A DNA stretch of 64,000 bases. Origin: Felis catus. Its lineage: Eukaryota. Shown in pieces: positions 51,770 through 64,000 of this stretch. Location: assembly GCF_018350175.1 (NCBI RefSeq), contig NC_058368.1, positions 58,096,001 to 58,160,000 of the forward strand. Reading direction: 5' to 3'. Position 1 is the first letter of the stretch. Each line of letters opens with the position of its first letter. The translations under genes and the position numbers were made by a program. Under the pieces are notes generated by a model. The model had not been told where the DNA came from. It did no database searches and was given only the letters and a program-made list of their open reading frames with translations.

Positions 51770-51982
51770 GGGGTGCCTGGGTGGCTCAGTAGGTTAAGTG
51801 TCCAACTCTTGGTTTCGGCTCAGGGCATGTTATTACAGTTCTTGAGTTTAAGCCCCACATCGGGCTCTGTGCTGATAGGATGGAGCCTGCTTGGGATTCT
51901 CTCTCTCTCTCTGACCCTCCATGCCTTTTCTCTCATAAATAAAAATAAATAAAATAAATGAATAAAACTAAAAAATATATAT
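51770..51982 (+). mobile_element. CanSINE
   Basis: TSD ataatgtttct at 51758-51768 and 51983-51993. Confidence 0.93.
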
Positions 51983-51983
51983 A

Positions 51984-52104
51984 TAATGTTTCTCAAACTG
52001 CAGATTTTTAAGAACCATGGGGTCTGCACAAATTCTGACTCAGCGCCTGTCAGTAATTTCAGGTGATTCTGATGTAGTGATCTTAAATACTCTTAGTGAA
52101 CACT
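51984..52104. mobile_element. MER5-type hAT-Charlie MITE relic
   Basis: tgtttctcaaact ... caggtgattctgatg ... gaacactg TIR-like ends. Confidence 0.55.
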
Positions 52105-52800
52105 GTTCTAAGAGGACTGTATAACACTGATATCTATGCAGATCAGTATAGTTTCTTTTTATTATTGTCCCAAGTAAAAACTATGTGTTAACCCATACTT
52201 TGTACAGTCAAGCAAATGTTTGATAAATACCACTTGACATAACATCAAAATCTGGTTGAATTTAATTTTTATCTTCCTATTTGTTATGCAGCTTATTGTT
52301 TTATAATTCTTGAAAAAATACTGAATTTTATAGAAAAATAGAGAAGTTTCCAATGTAATATGATCTTTAAAAGTCTGTAGTGGTATAGCACAATTTTCAA
52401 GATAAAAAGGCATACCTGGATTGTTGTATGCATTTTTCTTCATGTGTAAACTTTATTGACTGACATACCCCCCCTCACAGACCTCAAAGCAGACTTTGTT
52501 TCATTCCATCTTTGAACTGTGTTATTACACAAATATGTGTTTCAAACTTAAATTGTCATTTGTGTAAGTTAATATTCAAAATGCTGTTTTTGTTTGGTGT
52601 ATTTGCAGCTTGATTGTTGATCAATAAATATAAATAAATTTCTAATAACATTTTTCACTAAAAATTAATTTCAGAAGTAATGATTAAGACTGTAATGTGA
52701 TTTCTATAAAAATGATGACTCAACATTTCAAAATTGTGAAATACATGTCAAAACAAAATATTGTTTTAAAAAACAAAACTGCCAAACCACTTGATGCCAC

Positions 52801-53297
52801 TGATAGATATGATAGAATCATGTCTCCAAATAAATGTATGTCCTAATTCCTAGGATTTATGAATGTTACCTTACATAGTAGAAAAGACTTTGCAGATTTG
52901 ATTAATTTAAGGGGATTATGTGGGTGTGTCCTGTGACATCATTAGGATTCATAGAAGTGGAAGAAGAGATAGGCAAGTGAGAGAGACAGGGAAATGTGAC
53001 CACAAAAGAATGGTCAGAGAGATGCAATGGTGTTGATTTTGAAGATAGAGAGGCTGCAAGTGAGGGATTAAGCTGCCTATGGAAGCTAGCAAAAAAAAAA
53101 AAAAAAAAAAAAGGATTTTATTTTAAAGCCTCCAGGGATAAAGGCAGTCCTGCAAATAGCCTGCTTTTACTGATTTTAAGCCAGCGAGACTTACATCAGA
53201 TTTCTAGCCTATACAACTACAAGATAATTAATGTGTGTGTATTAAGCAACTACGTTTATGGTAATTTATTATGCCAGCAGTGGAGGACTAAATAACA
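52801..53297 (+). mobile_element. MaLR solo LTR (MLT1D-like)
   Basis: tgaatgttaccttacat..aaaagactttgcagat; aagataattaatgtgtgtgtattaagcaact..tttatggtaatt. Confidence 0.8.
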
Positions 53298-53789
53298 TGA
53301 GGAAATATTGTAAACATGAACCACTAGTGAGTGACCTATAGACCAAACTTTGCAGAACACTGGAAAGGTCTTAAATTTTGACAGCAATCAGAACCATTAG
53401 AGACGGTCATTTTAGCAAGGTCTAATGAAATAGAAGTAGGACAATCATTAAAATTAAAAAATACTTGAGTTCATCCACTCAAGTCCACAAAAACATCATG
53501 CTTTTATTTACCGTCATCATTACTGCAGTGTAAGCAAAAGTAAGCCTTACTTACAAGCAGGGTTAATGTATCTACTAAATCTGATTTTAAGTGATTTTTA
53601 TTAGTGATGCATTCTAATCAGAATATTAAAAGCTTATATGACTTCAGATATAAATATGTGTCAACCAAGAAGTCCACAGCTGATTGTGGGGTTAATATTT
53701 TTAAAGCATTATAAAACTTGTGAAATGTTTTTACTGTACAGAAAATCTTATTGCTAGATATTATTTTTTGACGACTAATGTATGCAAGT

Positions 53790-53950
53790 ACTCTTCAGAT
53801 ATTACTTAATTTAATCCTTGCAAAAGTCCTGTGATATAAATTATATTATTCCCATTTTAAATAGAATCTGAGATAAAATGCTTTATTTACGTTTCAAAAT
53901 TCACCTTTGCTAAGCTTCAGAGTTGTAATAAAATCTAGATGAAGCCTACA
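53790..53950 (-). mobile_element. MIR relic
   Basis: atttaatccttgcaaaagtcctgtga ... tattattcccattttaaatagaatctgag. Confidence 0.55.
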
Positions 53951-54697
53951 CCTCTGTCCTAAATTAATATACTATATGCAAACCCCAACCCCATTTTCAA
54001 TGTTGAATCACTTTATTATTTTCTTCCTCCTGCACACTCATTTTTGACTGTACTTATATACCCATGTGTGGTTAAATATTGTATTTTGTTTTAATGAATT
54101 TAAATATTTAATAACTTTATGTATTGATTTTTAACTAACATCAAATTTTCATTTCCTGAATGGGTATGCTTCTACAAAATAAAACTAGAGTTGGGCCATA
54201 GTGAGGATAAGAAGACATAAAACAAGTTTAATTACAACTAAAGAAATTAATATATAGTGACGCACACCTTTGTACATTGTGGATATTCTTTTAATAGAAA
54301 AATACTCTAAATGTTACTTAATGTGGTATAAACATCACTGAAGTACGTTTAAAACAGATAATTTCCCATATCTTCCATTGGGTGGCAGCATAGGGTCATT
54401 ATTTGAATCTCCATTTGCACTTTTAAGTAGCCAACTTAAATGGTAAAAACACAAGAACAGAATATTTTAGAAACATTTTGTGGGGGTTGTAAAATATCTT
54501 TCTTCATGAGGAGTATTATAACAAAAGCTCATTGTTATTTATGACTGTAAATTATATTTAAGTTTAGGAAAGATAAAATTCAAAATTGTGGTTAGTTACC
54601 CTTCAAATTATAACTTTTCCCATAACATCTTCAGCATATAATAATTTTCTTTGAGAGAATATTATTACTGTTTAATAAATTATTACTATTTAATAAA

Positions 54698-54897
54698 TTT
54701 TTTAATGTTAATTTATTTATTTTTGAGAGAGACCGAGTGCAAGCGGGGGAGGGGCAGAGAGAGGGAGACACAAATCCTGATATGGGGCTCAAACTCACGA
54801 ACTGTGAGCTCAGAACCTTACAAGGGGCTCATGTTCGGTGAGGTCATGACCTGAGCTGAAGTCAGACGCTTAACCGACTGAGCCATCCAGATGTCCC
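54698..54897 (-). mobile_element. CanSINE with a rearranged body
   Basis: TSD tact(a/g)tttaataaa; ggggctca occurs twice and the usual gcaggctccaggc segment is missing. Confidence 0.88.
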
Positions 54898-55109
54898 TAC
54901 TGTTTAATAAAAAATAAAATATGCTTTAAAAATCTGTCATAATTAATTAGTGAGACATAGATTATTTATTGTATATAATTCTAAAAACTATATGAACATT
55001 TAAAGAATTTAAAGAATGAAACATGGCATTATGAACTGTCTCTAGAATGTCTATTTCTGTGCAGCATAAGGGCAAAGAAAATATTCCTATCATCCAAACT
55101 GGCTGTTCT

Positions 55110-55450
55110 CTGTTTTCTAACTTAATGTCATCACTGTCCAACTGAGTTTATCAATCCAGTAAAGTCAATTTTTTCAAGCTGGCCATCTCATTTTACCTTA
55201 TTCCATGCATCAACTCTTACTCTGTCTTACCAATTTACCACTTAAATATTTATGGGATCTGTCCAATCCTCTCAATTCCCATCATTTCCCTGGTCTGAGC
55301 CACCATTCACCTAGATAACCCCACAAGCCTTATAAAACACCTACCAGACTCAAGATCCACGGTTACTAGGTATCAGCATGAGAGAATTCTCTAAGACACA
55401 AATTGCAATATACCATAACTTTTTAATATTCATTTAAAGGTTTCTCCTTC
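55110..55450 (+). mobile_element. L2 relic
   Basis: ccctggtctgagccaccattcacctagataaccccacaagcctt. Confidence 0.5.
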
Positions 55451-55601
55451 CTCCGATATGTATAATACAACAAATGAAGAGAAACCCGTTAGGTGGTTGA
55501 GATTAAGTATTAAATAAAAGAGAAATTAACTTTCAAATGTGGAGTTTGAATATTTCAGAGAAAATAAATAGAAAATAAATAACATTAAAATCATGACTTG
55601 A

Positions 55602-55761
55602 GGGGTGTCTGGGTGGCTCAGTCAGTTAAGCATCCTACTTCTACTCAGGTCATGACCTCACCACTCATGAGTCCCGTGTAAGGCTCTGTGCTGACAGCTC
55701 AGAGCCTGGAGCTTGCTTCCGATTCTGTGTCTCCTTCTCTCTCTGTCCCTCCCCTGTTTGT

Positions 55762-55811
<50 letters not shown>

Positions 55812-55843
55812 AAAAATAAATAAACATTAAAAAAATTAAAAAA
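55602..55843 (+). mobile_element. CanSINE with long (CT)n
   Basis: TSD taaaatc(a/g)tga(c/t)ttga at 55586-55601 and 55844-55859. Confidence 0.95.
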
Positions 55844-55873
55844 TAAAATCGTGATTTGAAAAAATTGTGTTTT

Positions 55874-56097
55874 GGGGCGCCTGGGTGGCGCAGTCGGTTA
55901 AGCGTCCGACTTCAGCCAGGTCACGATCTCGCGGTCCGGGAGTTCGAGCCCCGCGTCAGGCTCTGGGCTGATGGCTCGGAGCCTGGAGCCTGTTTCCGAT
56001 TCTGTGTCTCCCTCTCTCTCTGCCCCTCCCCCGTTCATGCTCTGTCTCTTTCTGTCCCAAAAATAAATAAAAAACGTTGAAAAAAAAAAAAAAGAAA
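55874..56097 (+). mobile_element. Very young felid CanSINE
   Basis: Perfect TSD gaaaaaattgtgtttt at 55858-55873 and 56098-56113. Confidence 0.97.
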
Positions 56098-56391
56098 GAA
56101 AAAATTGTGTTTTGATAGTGTTAGAAAAATACAGGATATTATGGGAACATAAAATAAAAGGATATAACCACAGAAATTTTCCCTCAGAAATGACATTTGT
56201 TTTTAGGTAGATGATAAGATCAAGGTGGAAGAGAAGAAACAATGAGAAAGTAGAGTGTTTGGAGACCATGGAACTATCTGGGGGTTCTCTGTTCTCCCGT
56301 ATACACTGAGGAGATTCTAGACTGTATTTGAACAGAGATAGGAGAATAAAAGATAAACATGGAGGTAAGTGAATAGTGATTTTTAAGGCCT

Positions 56392-56612
56392 GATTCAATC
56401 TCCTTAATCATTACTGGTTGAACCAATTTTCTGTTTCTTCATGATTCAGTCTTAGTAGGTTGTATGTTTCCAGGAATTTGTCTATTTCATCAGGGTTACC
56501 AATTTGTTGGCATATAGTTGTTCATAGTAGTCTCCTATGAGCCTTTGTATTTCTGTGACATCAGTTGTAATATCTCCTCTTGCATTTATGCTTTTTATTT
56601 GAGTTCTTTCTA
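56392..56612 (-). mobile_element. L1 ORF2 internal fragment
   Basis: ttcttcatgattcagtcttagtaggttgtatgtttccaggaatttgtctatttc. Confidence 0.8.
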
Positions 56613-56934
56613 GCATCATATAAAAATATGAAAATTCCTGTTATTTTCTATTTTAATCTGCTTTCCATATACAGCGAGGTCCATGATCTAGACTTCACTG
56701 GTCAAGCACACCTACCATAGACTTGAGTTAGTGTCTAATAATATGAGGAATCAAGGACTGCAATAGGACATCAATAGTTATATCTAGGTCCTGTAACTGC
56801 AGTTATTAGAGTTGTAGCTGTTTATAGTGACAGCATCAGCGCTCATTGTGGATTCAGTGATGCAATCTGTATTGTCTGTTTCAGTAAAAATGAGAAGGAA
56901 AATAATTTAAACACAAGAGAACACCAAAGTGTAG

Positions 56935-57290
56935 CATGCAGTGGCAATACCTAACCCATACCTCTTGGACCTTTTATATGCTCCAGGTGATTTCCACCAG
57001 GTAGTATCTATATCCCTGATACTGAAGGTCCTTTTATATTGGGTTTTGGAAAGGCTAGCTTCCTACACAGTGCTGGCAGCAGGCTGGACATGCCAAGTGA
57101 TTATAGCACCCTGGAGCAGCACTCAACCAATGATGCTTATCCCATGAGTAGAATAAATAAGATGGAAATGTGCATTTGCACTCTTTCCCAGAATTTTCCC
57201 AGAAGATTAAGCCTGAATAGCATTTTATGGTAGCTGGCTTAATACCACACTCATTATTGATAATTATTCCTTGTCTTATCAATCTCCTAC
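56935..57290 (+). mobile_element. ERVL LTR16-type LTR
   Basis: gagcagcactcaaccaatga ... ttcccagaattttcccagaagattaagc. Confidence 0.55.
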
Positions 57291-57334
57291 TTCTTGAATA
57301 ATTTAATTTTACAACTAAAGAATTTCACTTGAAA

Positions 57335-57964
57335 GACTCTGAGTCTTGTTCTTAGTTAATGCAAATGGAGACACTTGTGATGTTATATCAAAGGGTATAC
57401 CTTAAGGAAAACGTGGCCATTTTATACAGGTAGGACCAACAAAGACTCAGATCCCCTAAAAATGAAGATATGGGTTACCTTACAGGGCAGGAACTCTTAA
57501 CACTTAAGTTGCTTGCTGAAATTACCGGACGCATGATATGATTAATGAAGTAGAGGATTTGTCAAAACCAACTGTGATTTGTTGACATGTTAAAAAATGG
57601 GTACTCTAGCATCTACCCATGTTCCCTTACTTGCTCTGGCATATGCATATGTGTACAATGTAAATAATTCCCTTTCATTATATATTTCTTTTTTCTTTTA
57701 TTGATAAAGGGTGTGTGTAATTGGCAATATCAAAATGAGAATTTTGACAGAATAAAATTTTAATGCATATGATTGTGGTCTTAAATTTGTATGCCATAGT
57801 TCATGATAATTTGGTTTAAGCTTTTTGATGGGAATGTTTAAATGTATTTGATTGTATAAAATATAATTATATTATGTTGGGAAAATGGATAATTTGGGGG
57901 GGGTTATTTTAGAAATGAAGATAAGGGAAGAGATAATTATACTAATATTGGACAACCGAAGGTG
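57335..57964 (+). mobile_element. ERVL internal 3' relic
   Basis: cagatcccctaaaaatgaagatatgggttacc ... gttgcttgctgaa resembles the ERVL pol 3' region. Confidence 0.6.
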
Positions 57965-58560
57965 TTGTTGTTGAAGGTTTTTATAATTACTTTTTGTTCC
58001 TCAGTAAATTAATGCCATATATATGTTTGAAGAATCTTTTATGCTACAAAGAAGTCCCTGCTTTAAACAGAAGAATTTGATATTTTCAGATTCTTGCTTT
58101 CCAAATCTGTCTTGTAGGTAGTATGTGCACTTACTTGGAAACCAGACTGATCAATCCCATGCACCTATTCCGGACACTGAGGCAAAACCAAATAAAATAA
58201 AGAGCAGTGTCACGTGGGATTTATGGTGAGGTTCATGGAATCAGTAGAATCCACATCCAGTTTACGGGATTAGCAGTGGCAACAGGTTCATATGGGGGCA
58301 TCTTCGGTCAAGAGAATGATGAGGTCAGCATAGTCTACAGTGTCTGTGCCTGGTAGCAGTGGCAGTGACGTTTTTTTCACTAACCAATCCTTTACTTGAC
58401 TGAGATTACTCTTCTGGACTATCAGGTATTCAAGCCAACTTCTCTTGTCTTCCTGGAGGTCCTGTGAGCTGTCCAATAAACCCTTAGGTAACACCATTAC
58501 TCACTTATATTTAGCAGACAGAATTATGTTTCATTTAACAAGTAATTCTCAATTAGGACA
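57965..58560 (+). mobile_element. ERVL LTR (LTR33-like)
   Basis: ttcctggaggtcctgtgagctgtccaataaaccc ... tttagcagacag ... aggaca terminus. Confidence 0.5.
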
Positions 58561-59917
58561 ATTTTTCATTATCATGAGCTTAATCTGCTACTTCATTCAA
58601 AGGATAGTTATATTTTACAGGAAATCCATTGAAAATGTGGTCAAATATAATACCATATCCTGATTTCTAATGAAACTCTAACATTTACTTACGTGACAGA
58701 ATTCAGAAATATTTTCACCACACTTCAATTCCCAGTTTCTTCAAACCACATTACGCAGACAGTAGTCTTCCATGGCTACATATAAATGTTTTTATAGGTA
58801 CTGAAAAATATATATATTATAACTGGTGTATATATATATATAATAACATATAATATAGGTAATATATAGATATTAACAGATACAGATAACCAATTTTTTT
58901 CTAATGGTAAACTTCTATCAAAAGTATTTGCATTTATTAGTTTTTCAGATGAAAATATAAATTAACAATCCTCCATGTTTATATTCTATTATTTTATATA
59001 TTACACAAGCCTAAAATAGCTGAAATAATAATAATAATCTAGGTTTTCAAAAGTAATTCAACAACTGGAATTTTCAATTGCTACGCTATGTGAAAAACTA
59101 CAGTTCTAGATGTTGCCATTTTTTTTTTTTTTAGAATGAGTTGACAAGGCCAACTTGTCATCTGTCAAATAGCAATAGAAATTTAGGAGGAAGTGAGTAA
59201 GGTTTTCTTATAACAATAATAATTTATTGTTTTAGGACAACTCTGTTTTTGCCTGACTGTTCACCCCACCAGTCCCCTGTCAGAATTATCTATCTGAAGC
59301 CAAAACAAGGGGGTTGGGGGGAGATGTGAAACTAACATATAATATACATAACGTATAGTTTTTATTAGATAATTTTGAAACAGTTCAAATTATATCTTTC
59401 TTAGTAAGCGTGGTTTACCCATATTGAAAATTGATATTGTAGCCATCAGTCTTCCTGCTTCTATCTTTACCTCAAATATTGATATTGATGAAATTAGTCT
59501 CTACTGAATCTTAAAGACAGCTTCCACTACTTTCTCTGATTTGAAAGTATGTGAAAATGGGCTCAGGATAACCTAGGTGAGAACAGACATTTTTACACAA
59601 TCCACATATCCTGGAGCACTTTAGATTCAGGCCGTTCTAGACAAAAATCTATTGGTATTTTGTATCTTTATACCCTTCATAATGGGAAGAATAAAAATGT
59701 TTCTATTATAACTTTTTAAGTCAGTTCCCATAGATCTATCCTATTTACTGATACTTTACAAAAATTATTTTGGTTTTGACTGGAGTACTTATCTTTCCTC
59801 AGCAGAGAAGGATCTCTGTACTACTATTCATATTTATGTTTTGCTGTTTTTCATGAATATCTTTTTTCAAAAACCATAACTTAGAGAAGCAGTTTGTTTA
59901 TTAGAAATTCATCTTTA

Positions 59918-60120
59918 GGGGCGCCTGGGTGGCTCAGTCAGTTAAGCATCCAACTCTTGATTTTGGCTCAGGTAATGATCTCATGGTTCATGAGATCGAG
60001 CCCCGTGAAGGGCTCTTGGCTGACATTGTGGAGCCTGCATGGGATTCTCTGTCTCCCTCTCTCCCTGCCCCTCCATCGCTCACAATCTCTCTTTCTTTCT
60101 CTCTAATAAATAAATTTGAA
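59918..60120 (+). mobile_element. CanSINE
   Basis: ggggcgcctgggtggctcagtcag head; TSD ..aat(t/g)catcttta. Confidence 0.93.
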
Positions 60121-61031
60121 AACAATGCATCTTTAAAAATCATATCCACGTCTTAACAATGTATCACATGACATTTTCAAGCTATTGAAAATGAAACATT
60201 TAAATATATAATCAAGTATACTAATTGATGACAGATCCATGGGGTTATGCTTTTAAAAATCATAAATATAAAATAAACAAATATAAACATGTTAAATAAG
60301 ATGCTTATTTTCAAAGCATATTACATTATGCTATTCTGTTCTTTCATCAAACCACCTAATGTTTATATGGTATGTTCCTCATTTCATGCCATGCATGGTA
60401 ATTGAAAAGAGGTTAAATAACTTGTCCTAAATCACAGGAGTAATGAAAGGAGTGAGAGCCTAATTACTGAATTTTTTTATTCATATTTGCATTTCTTGGC
60501 CATTTTGTCAGTGAGTCCAACATAGTGCATTAAACCTGAGTTTAGATATCAAGTTTCATGTTATTAAAAGGTTAGTGAATCTGTTACAGCTCTAAATAAT
60601 AAAAACTATTGGGGTTATGTACATGTATATACACATATGATTCATTTCTAAGTAAAATTCCAAACAAAATTAAAAATAATACAGTGGTAAATCTCAAAAC
60701 CAGAGAAGAAAAAATAGAGAAAAGGTAAGAAAAAGGAAAGAAAAATTCTTACTCAGGGAAAAATTGCCACAGATATACTTAATTAATCAACAAATAGCCA
60801 ATCATTGGATTAAAAGTCAGTAGAAAACAGTTATTTGTATTTCACTCGTGGATATGTATTTTATAACCATTAGCTTCTGAAATCATTTATAGCATTCTGT
60901 GTTTTAAATCTGGTAGGCAAAAGTGACACGAAACAAAGTACTCTTGCTGCCTCCTAACCAAAGGATTTGCCACCTTTTATGGATGCTTCTGTATAATTAA
61001 AGGCTCCTAATATTTTGGTTACTAACATGTA

Positions 61032-62395
61032 CTCACACCAAATGCTGGTGAGGATGTGGAGCTGCGGGAACTCTCGTTCATTGCTGGTGGAATGTAAAAT
61101 GGCATAGACACTTTGCAAGACAGTGGCAGTTTCTTACAAAGCTAAATATATTCTTCACGTTCAATCCAGCAGTTGTGCCCCATGGCAATTACTAAAATGA
61201 GTTGAAAACATATGTATGCTAAAATGTGCACACAAATATTTATGTCAATTTTATTCATAATTGCCAAAATTTGTAACCAATCAAGATGTCCTTCAGGAAG
61301 TGAGTGGATAAACAAACTACAGCACACCTATACAAGGGAATGTTCTTCAGTGATAAAAAGAAATGAGCTCCAAAAGCACAGAAACACCTGTAGGAACCTT
61401 AAATGCATATCTCTTAGTATAAAAAGCCAGTATGAAAATGCTGTATGTTGTGTAATTCTATCTATATGGCATTCTGGAATAGGCAACACTTTGGAGACAG
61501 TAAAAACATCGGTGGTTGGGAGGTTCTGTGAGGAAGGTATGATGAATAGATGGAGCAAAGGGGGATTTTAGGACAATGAAACTTTTTTGTATAATACTGT
61601 AATGGTGAATATATGTCATTAGTCATTTGCCAAAACACATAGAATGTACAAAACAAAGAGTAAACCAAAGGTAACCTATGGATTTTATTTAATGATAATC
61701 AAGTCAGTCATAAAAAAATGAAATCTTGTTATTTGTGACAAGGATGGACTTTGAGGGCATAATGCTAAAGTGAAGTGAGTCAGGGAAAGGTAAATACTAT
61801 ATGATCTCACTCATACGTGGAGTCTGTAAACAAAACAAACAGCAAACAAAAATAGAAGTTCATGGATGCAGAGAACAGAGTTGCTAGTTGCCAGCAGTGG
61901 GATGGCAGGGTAGGAAAAATAGATGAAGGGGAGCAAAAGGTTCAAATTTCCAATTATAAAATAAATAATTCATGGGGATGGAACGTACAGCATGGTAACT
62001 ATAGTTAATGATGCTAAGAGAGTTGATTTTAAAAGTTCTTAATCACAATAATTTGTTTTGTTACTATTTAAGGTGATGGATGTTAACCATACTTATTGTG
62101 GTGATTATTTTGCAGTGTGTACAGATATCAAATCATTATGCTGTACACCTGAACCTAATATAATATTGTATGTCAGTTATACTTCAATTTTTTAAAAATG
62201 CTAAAATTTAAAAAAATAATGTATCAAAATTGGTTTATTAATCAAAACAAATGTACTACATGAAGGAAAGTTATGATAACAGGGGAAATTCTGAATGGGG
62301 AGGAGCATGTATATGGGAACTCATGGTACTCCTCATTGATTTTTTTCTGTAAATTTGTAAATGACCTAAAACATAAGCTCTGTGAAGTAAAAAAA
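61032..62395 (+). mobile_element. L1MC-type ORF2 end and 3' UTR, interrupted by a younger L1 3' end
   Basis: caccaaatgctggtgaggatgtggag ... aacatagaatgtacaa ... aatgtatcaaaattgg. Confidence 0.85.
61705..62215 (+). mobile_element. L1MA9-like 3' end nested in L1MC
   Basis: ggatggactttgagggcataatgctaaagtgaa ... tcaaatcattatgctgtacacctgaa. Confidence 0.8.
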
Positions 62396-62729
62396 CAACA
62401 TAATATAGTACTCTGTTGAATATAGTACTAAATACATATAATTGAAATTGTAGGCTGGATGCAGTGTCAGTTTCTGGCTGTCTCTAATCTCTGCATAAAG
62501 CTAAAAGGCAAGGTTTAATTAAATATTTAAGTTAGTGTGAAATTTTATCAAATTAGTACTTAAACATATTTTAAGACCTCAAAAGGCACTAACAGGTATT
62601 AGGAGGGGAAAAAAGCATTTGTCTGTCCCAAATCTAGTTGTTCCTTAGACTAATACACCAGAAACAGCAACTCTCCAGTCACTTAGTATTTAACTGTATA
62701 ATTGTAAATACAATTTTATTTTGCTATTT

Positions 62730-62786
62730 AAAAAAATAATGTTTATTTATTTTTGAGAGAGAGAGACAGAGTGTGAGGGAGGGAGG

Positions 62787-62825
<39 letters not shown>

Positions 62826-62950
62826 TGAAGCAGGCTCCAGGCTCTAACCTGTCAGCACAGAGCCCAACGCGGGGCTCAAACTCACTAACTGCGAGATCAT
62901 GACCTCAACCAAAGTCAGATGCTTAACTGACTGAGCCACTCGGGCACCCC
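62730..62950 (-). mobile_element. CanSINE with (GA)n
   Basis: TSD ttgctattt on both sides; head gagccactcgggcacccc. Confidence 0.94.
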
Positions 62951-63364
62951 AATCTTGCTATTTTTTTTAATTTAAAAAGTAAGCACTACTTATTTTCATA
63001 TCATAGAAAATAATGGTTTATCTTTTTAACACTTTTTAGCATTTCAAACAAAGAGACACATATGTGCACCTACACAGATATACACAATGCTCTTTCCCAA
63101 TCATTTCATGAAATTGTTATTTATTTTCACATTTACAAATATATAATAGTTGGCAGAATTAATTCTTTATAGTTACATCTCCTTTTTTCTTTTTTTTAAG
63201 TTAATTTTAATTTCCAAACTTACTTATGTATTTCTCCACTTGCTTAATTTATTAGGTAACAGATTGTTTTCTTCTAAAATTTCTAAAATAATGTCAATAC
63301 ATATAAATATGTTTAAATATAAAATCATCTAGATGTTTTATTTCTTGGAGTTATCTTTCACAGA

Positions 63365-63551
63365 TAAGGTAACTTAGATTTAGCAAATAAAAATAAAAGA
63401 TACTCAGTTGAACTTGTATGTCAAATGAGTAGCTATTTTTTAGTATAAATATGTCCAATGAATTATTTGGGACATTTTATACTAAAAAAGTAGTTTATCT
63501 GAAATTGAAAGCTCACTGGAATCCTCTGTTATTTATCAACTGTACCCCCTG
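63365..63551. mobile_element. MER53-like palindromic MITE
   Basis: agatttagcaaataaaaata ... ttttttagtataaatatgtcc/ggacattttatactaaaaaa ... tttatctgaaatt. Confidence 0.8.
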
Positions 63552-63835
63552 GGTGTTTTTGTTTACCTGCTTTGATATGAAGTTTTGTTACCGGTACTGC
63601 TCACTTAAGTGGTATCTTCCAATTTTGTTTTACTGTCTTCTTGATGATTATCTTTATGTGTCTTTTGTCATGAACTCTCTAACTTCTGCATTCAATATTT
63701 TCATTTTTCATGATTTCATTGAAAACATCGTCTGGTAGTTCCATGGCATGGCAAATGGGAGTCATTTCTGAGAGTGCATATTTAATCTGTATTTGATTAA
63801 TAGTTTGGCCATATACAGAGTTCTAACTGTATATG

Positions 63836-63837
<2 letters not shown>

Positions 63838-63872
<35 letters not shown>

Positions 63873-63882
63873 GCACACACAC
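63838..63882. repeat. (CA)n microsatellite
   Basis: Directly visible. Confidence 0.95.
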
Positions 63883-64000
63883 ATCCCCTATAGAATTTTA
63901 ATGTTTTCAATATAGCTTCCAGTTCTGCTGTTGAAAATTTCTTTACCATTCTGATATTTGATCATTTATTGAACTTTTCCCGCGTTTTTTTTCTTTTAAA

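Noticed and set aside
55898..56398. Longest ORF in the track (166 aa, minus strand)
   Set aside because: Runs through low-complexity relic sequence, a poly-T tract and a young SINE; no recognisable domain.
59142..59160. 7-bp hairpin tgacaag-gccaa-cttgtca
   Set aside because: An isolated short inverted repeat is expected by chance in 64 kb.
4641..60156. Recurrent ORFs such as MAQSV..., GAPGWRSRLSVRLQPGHDL... and CFRFCVSLSLCPSP that look like a gene family
   Set aside because: They are translations of CanSINE copies, not genes.

Overview
AT-rich, CpG-depleted mammalian non-coding DNA, almost certainly from a cat-family (Felidae) genome, judged by the felid-type CanSINE copies and feline/carnivore L1 3' ends. 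I see no intact protein-coding exon. The ORF-track entries I could place derive from SINEs, L1, microsatellites or the pseudogene, and the rest look like chance ORFs. The window holds about 30 CanSINEs (five very young, with near-perfect TSDs), L1s of several ages, L2/MIR relics, MaLR and ERVL LTRs, and MER5 and MER53 DNA-transposon relics. It also holds one processed RPSA pseudogene (~44551-45334). The most interesting signal is that this decayed retrocopy has gained CpGs, including at the invariant Trp and Met codons. It has also gained two consensus-like splice donors and has NRF1-like and ETS-like motifs, so it may have been converted into a de novo CpG-island promoter or first exon. Other notable items are a TSD-bounded L1 lacking ORF1 with a hairpin at the junction, an L1 3' end with an apparent micro 3'-transduction, and a G-quadruplex-type insert inside a SINE. 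Repeat subfamily names are by eye, from recalled consensus sequences, and need RepeatMasker/Dfam confirmation.
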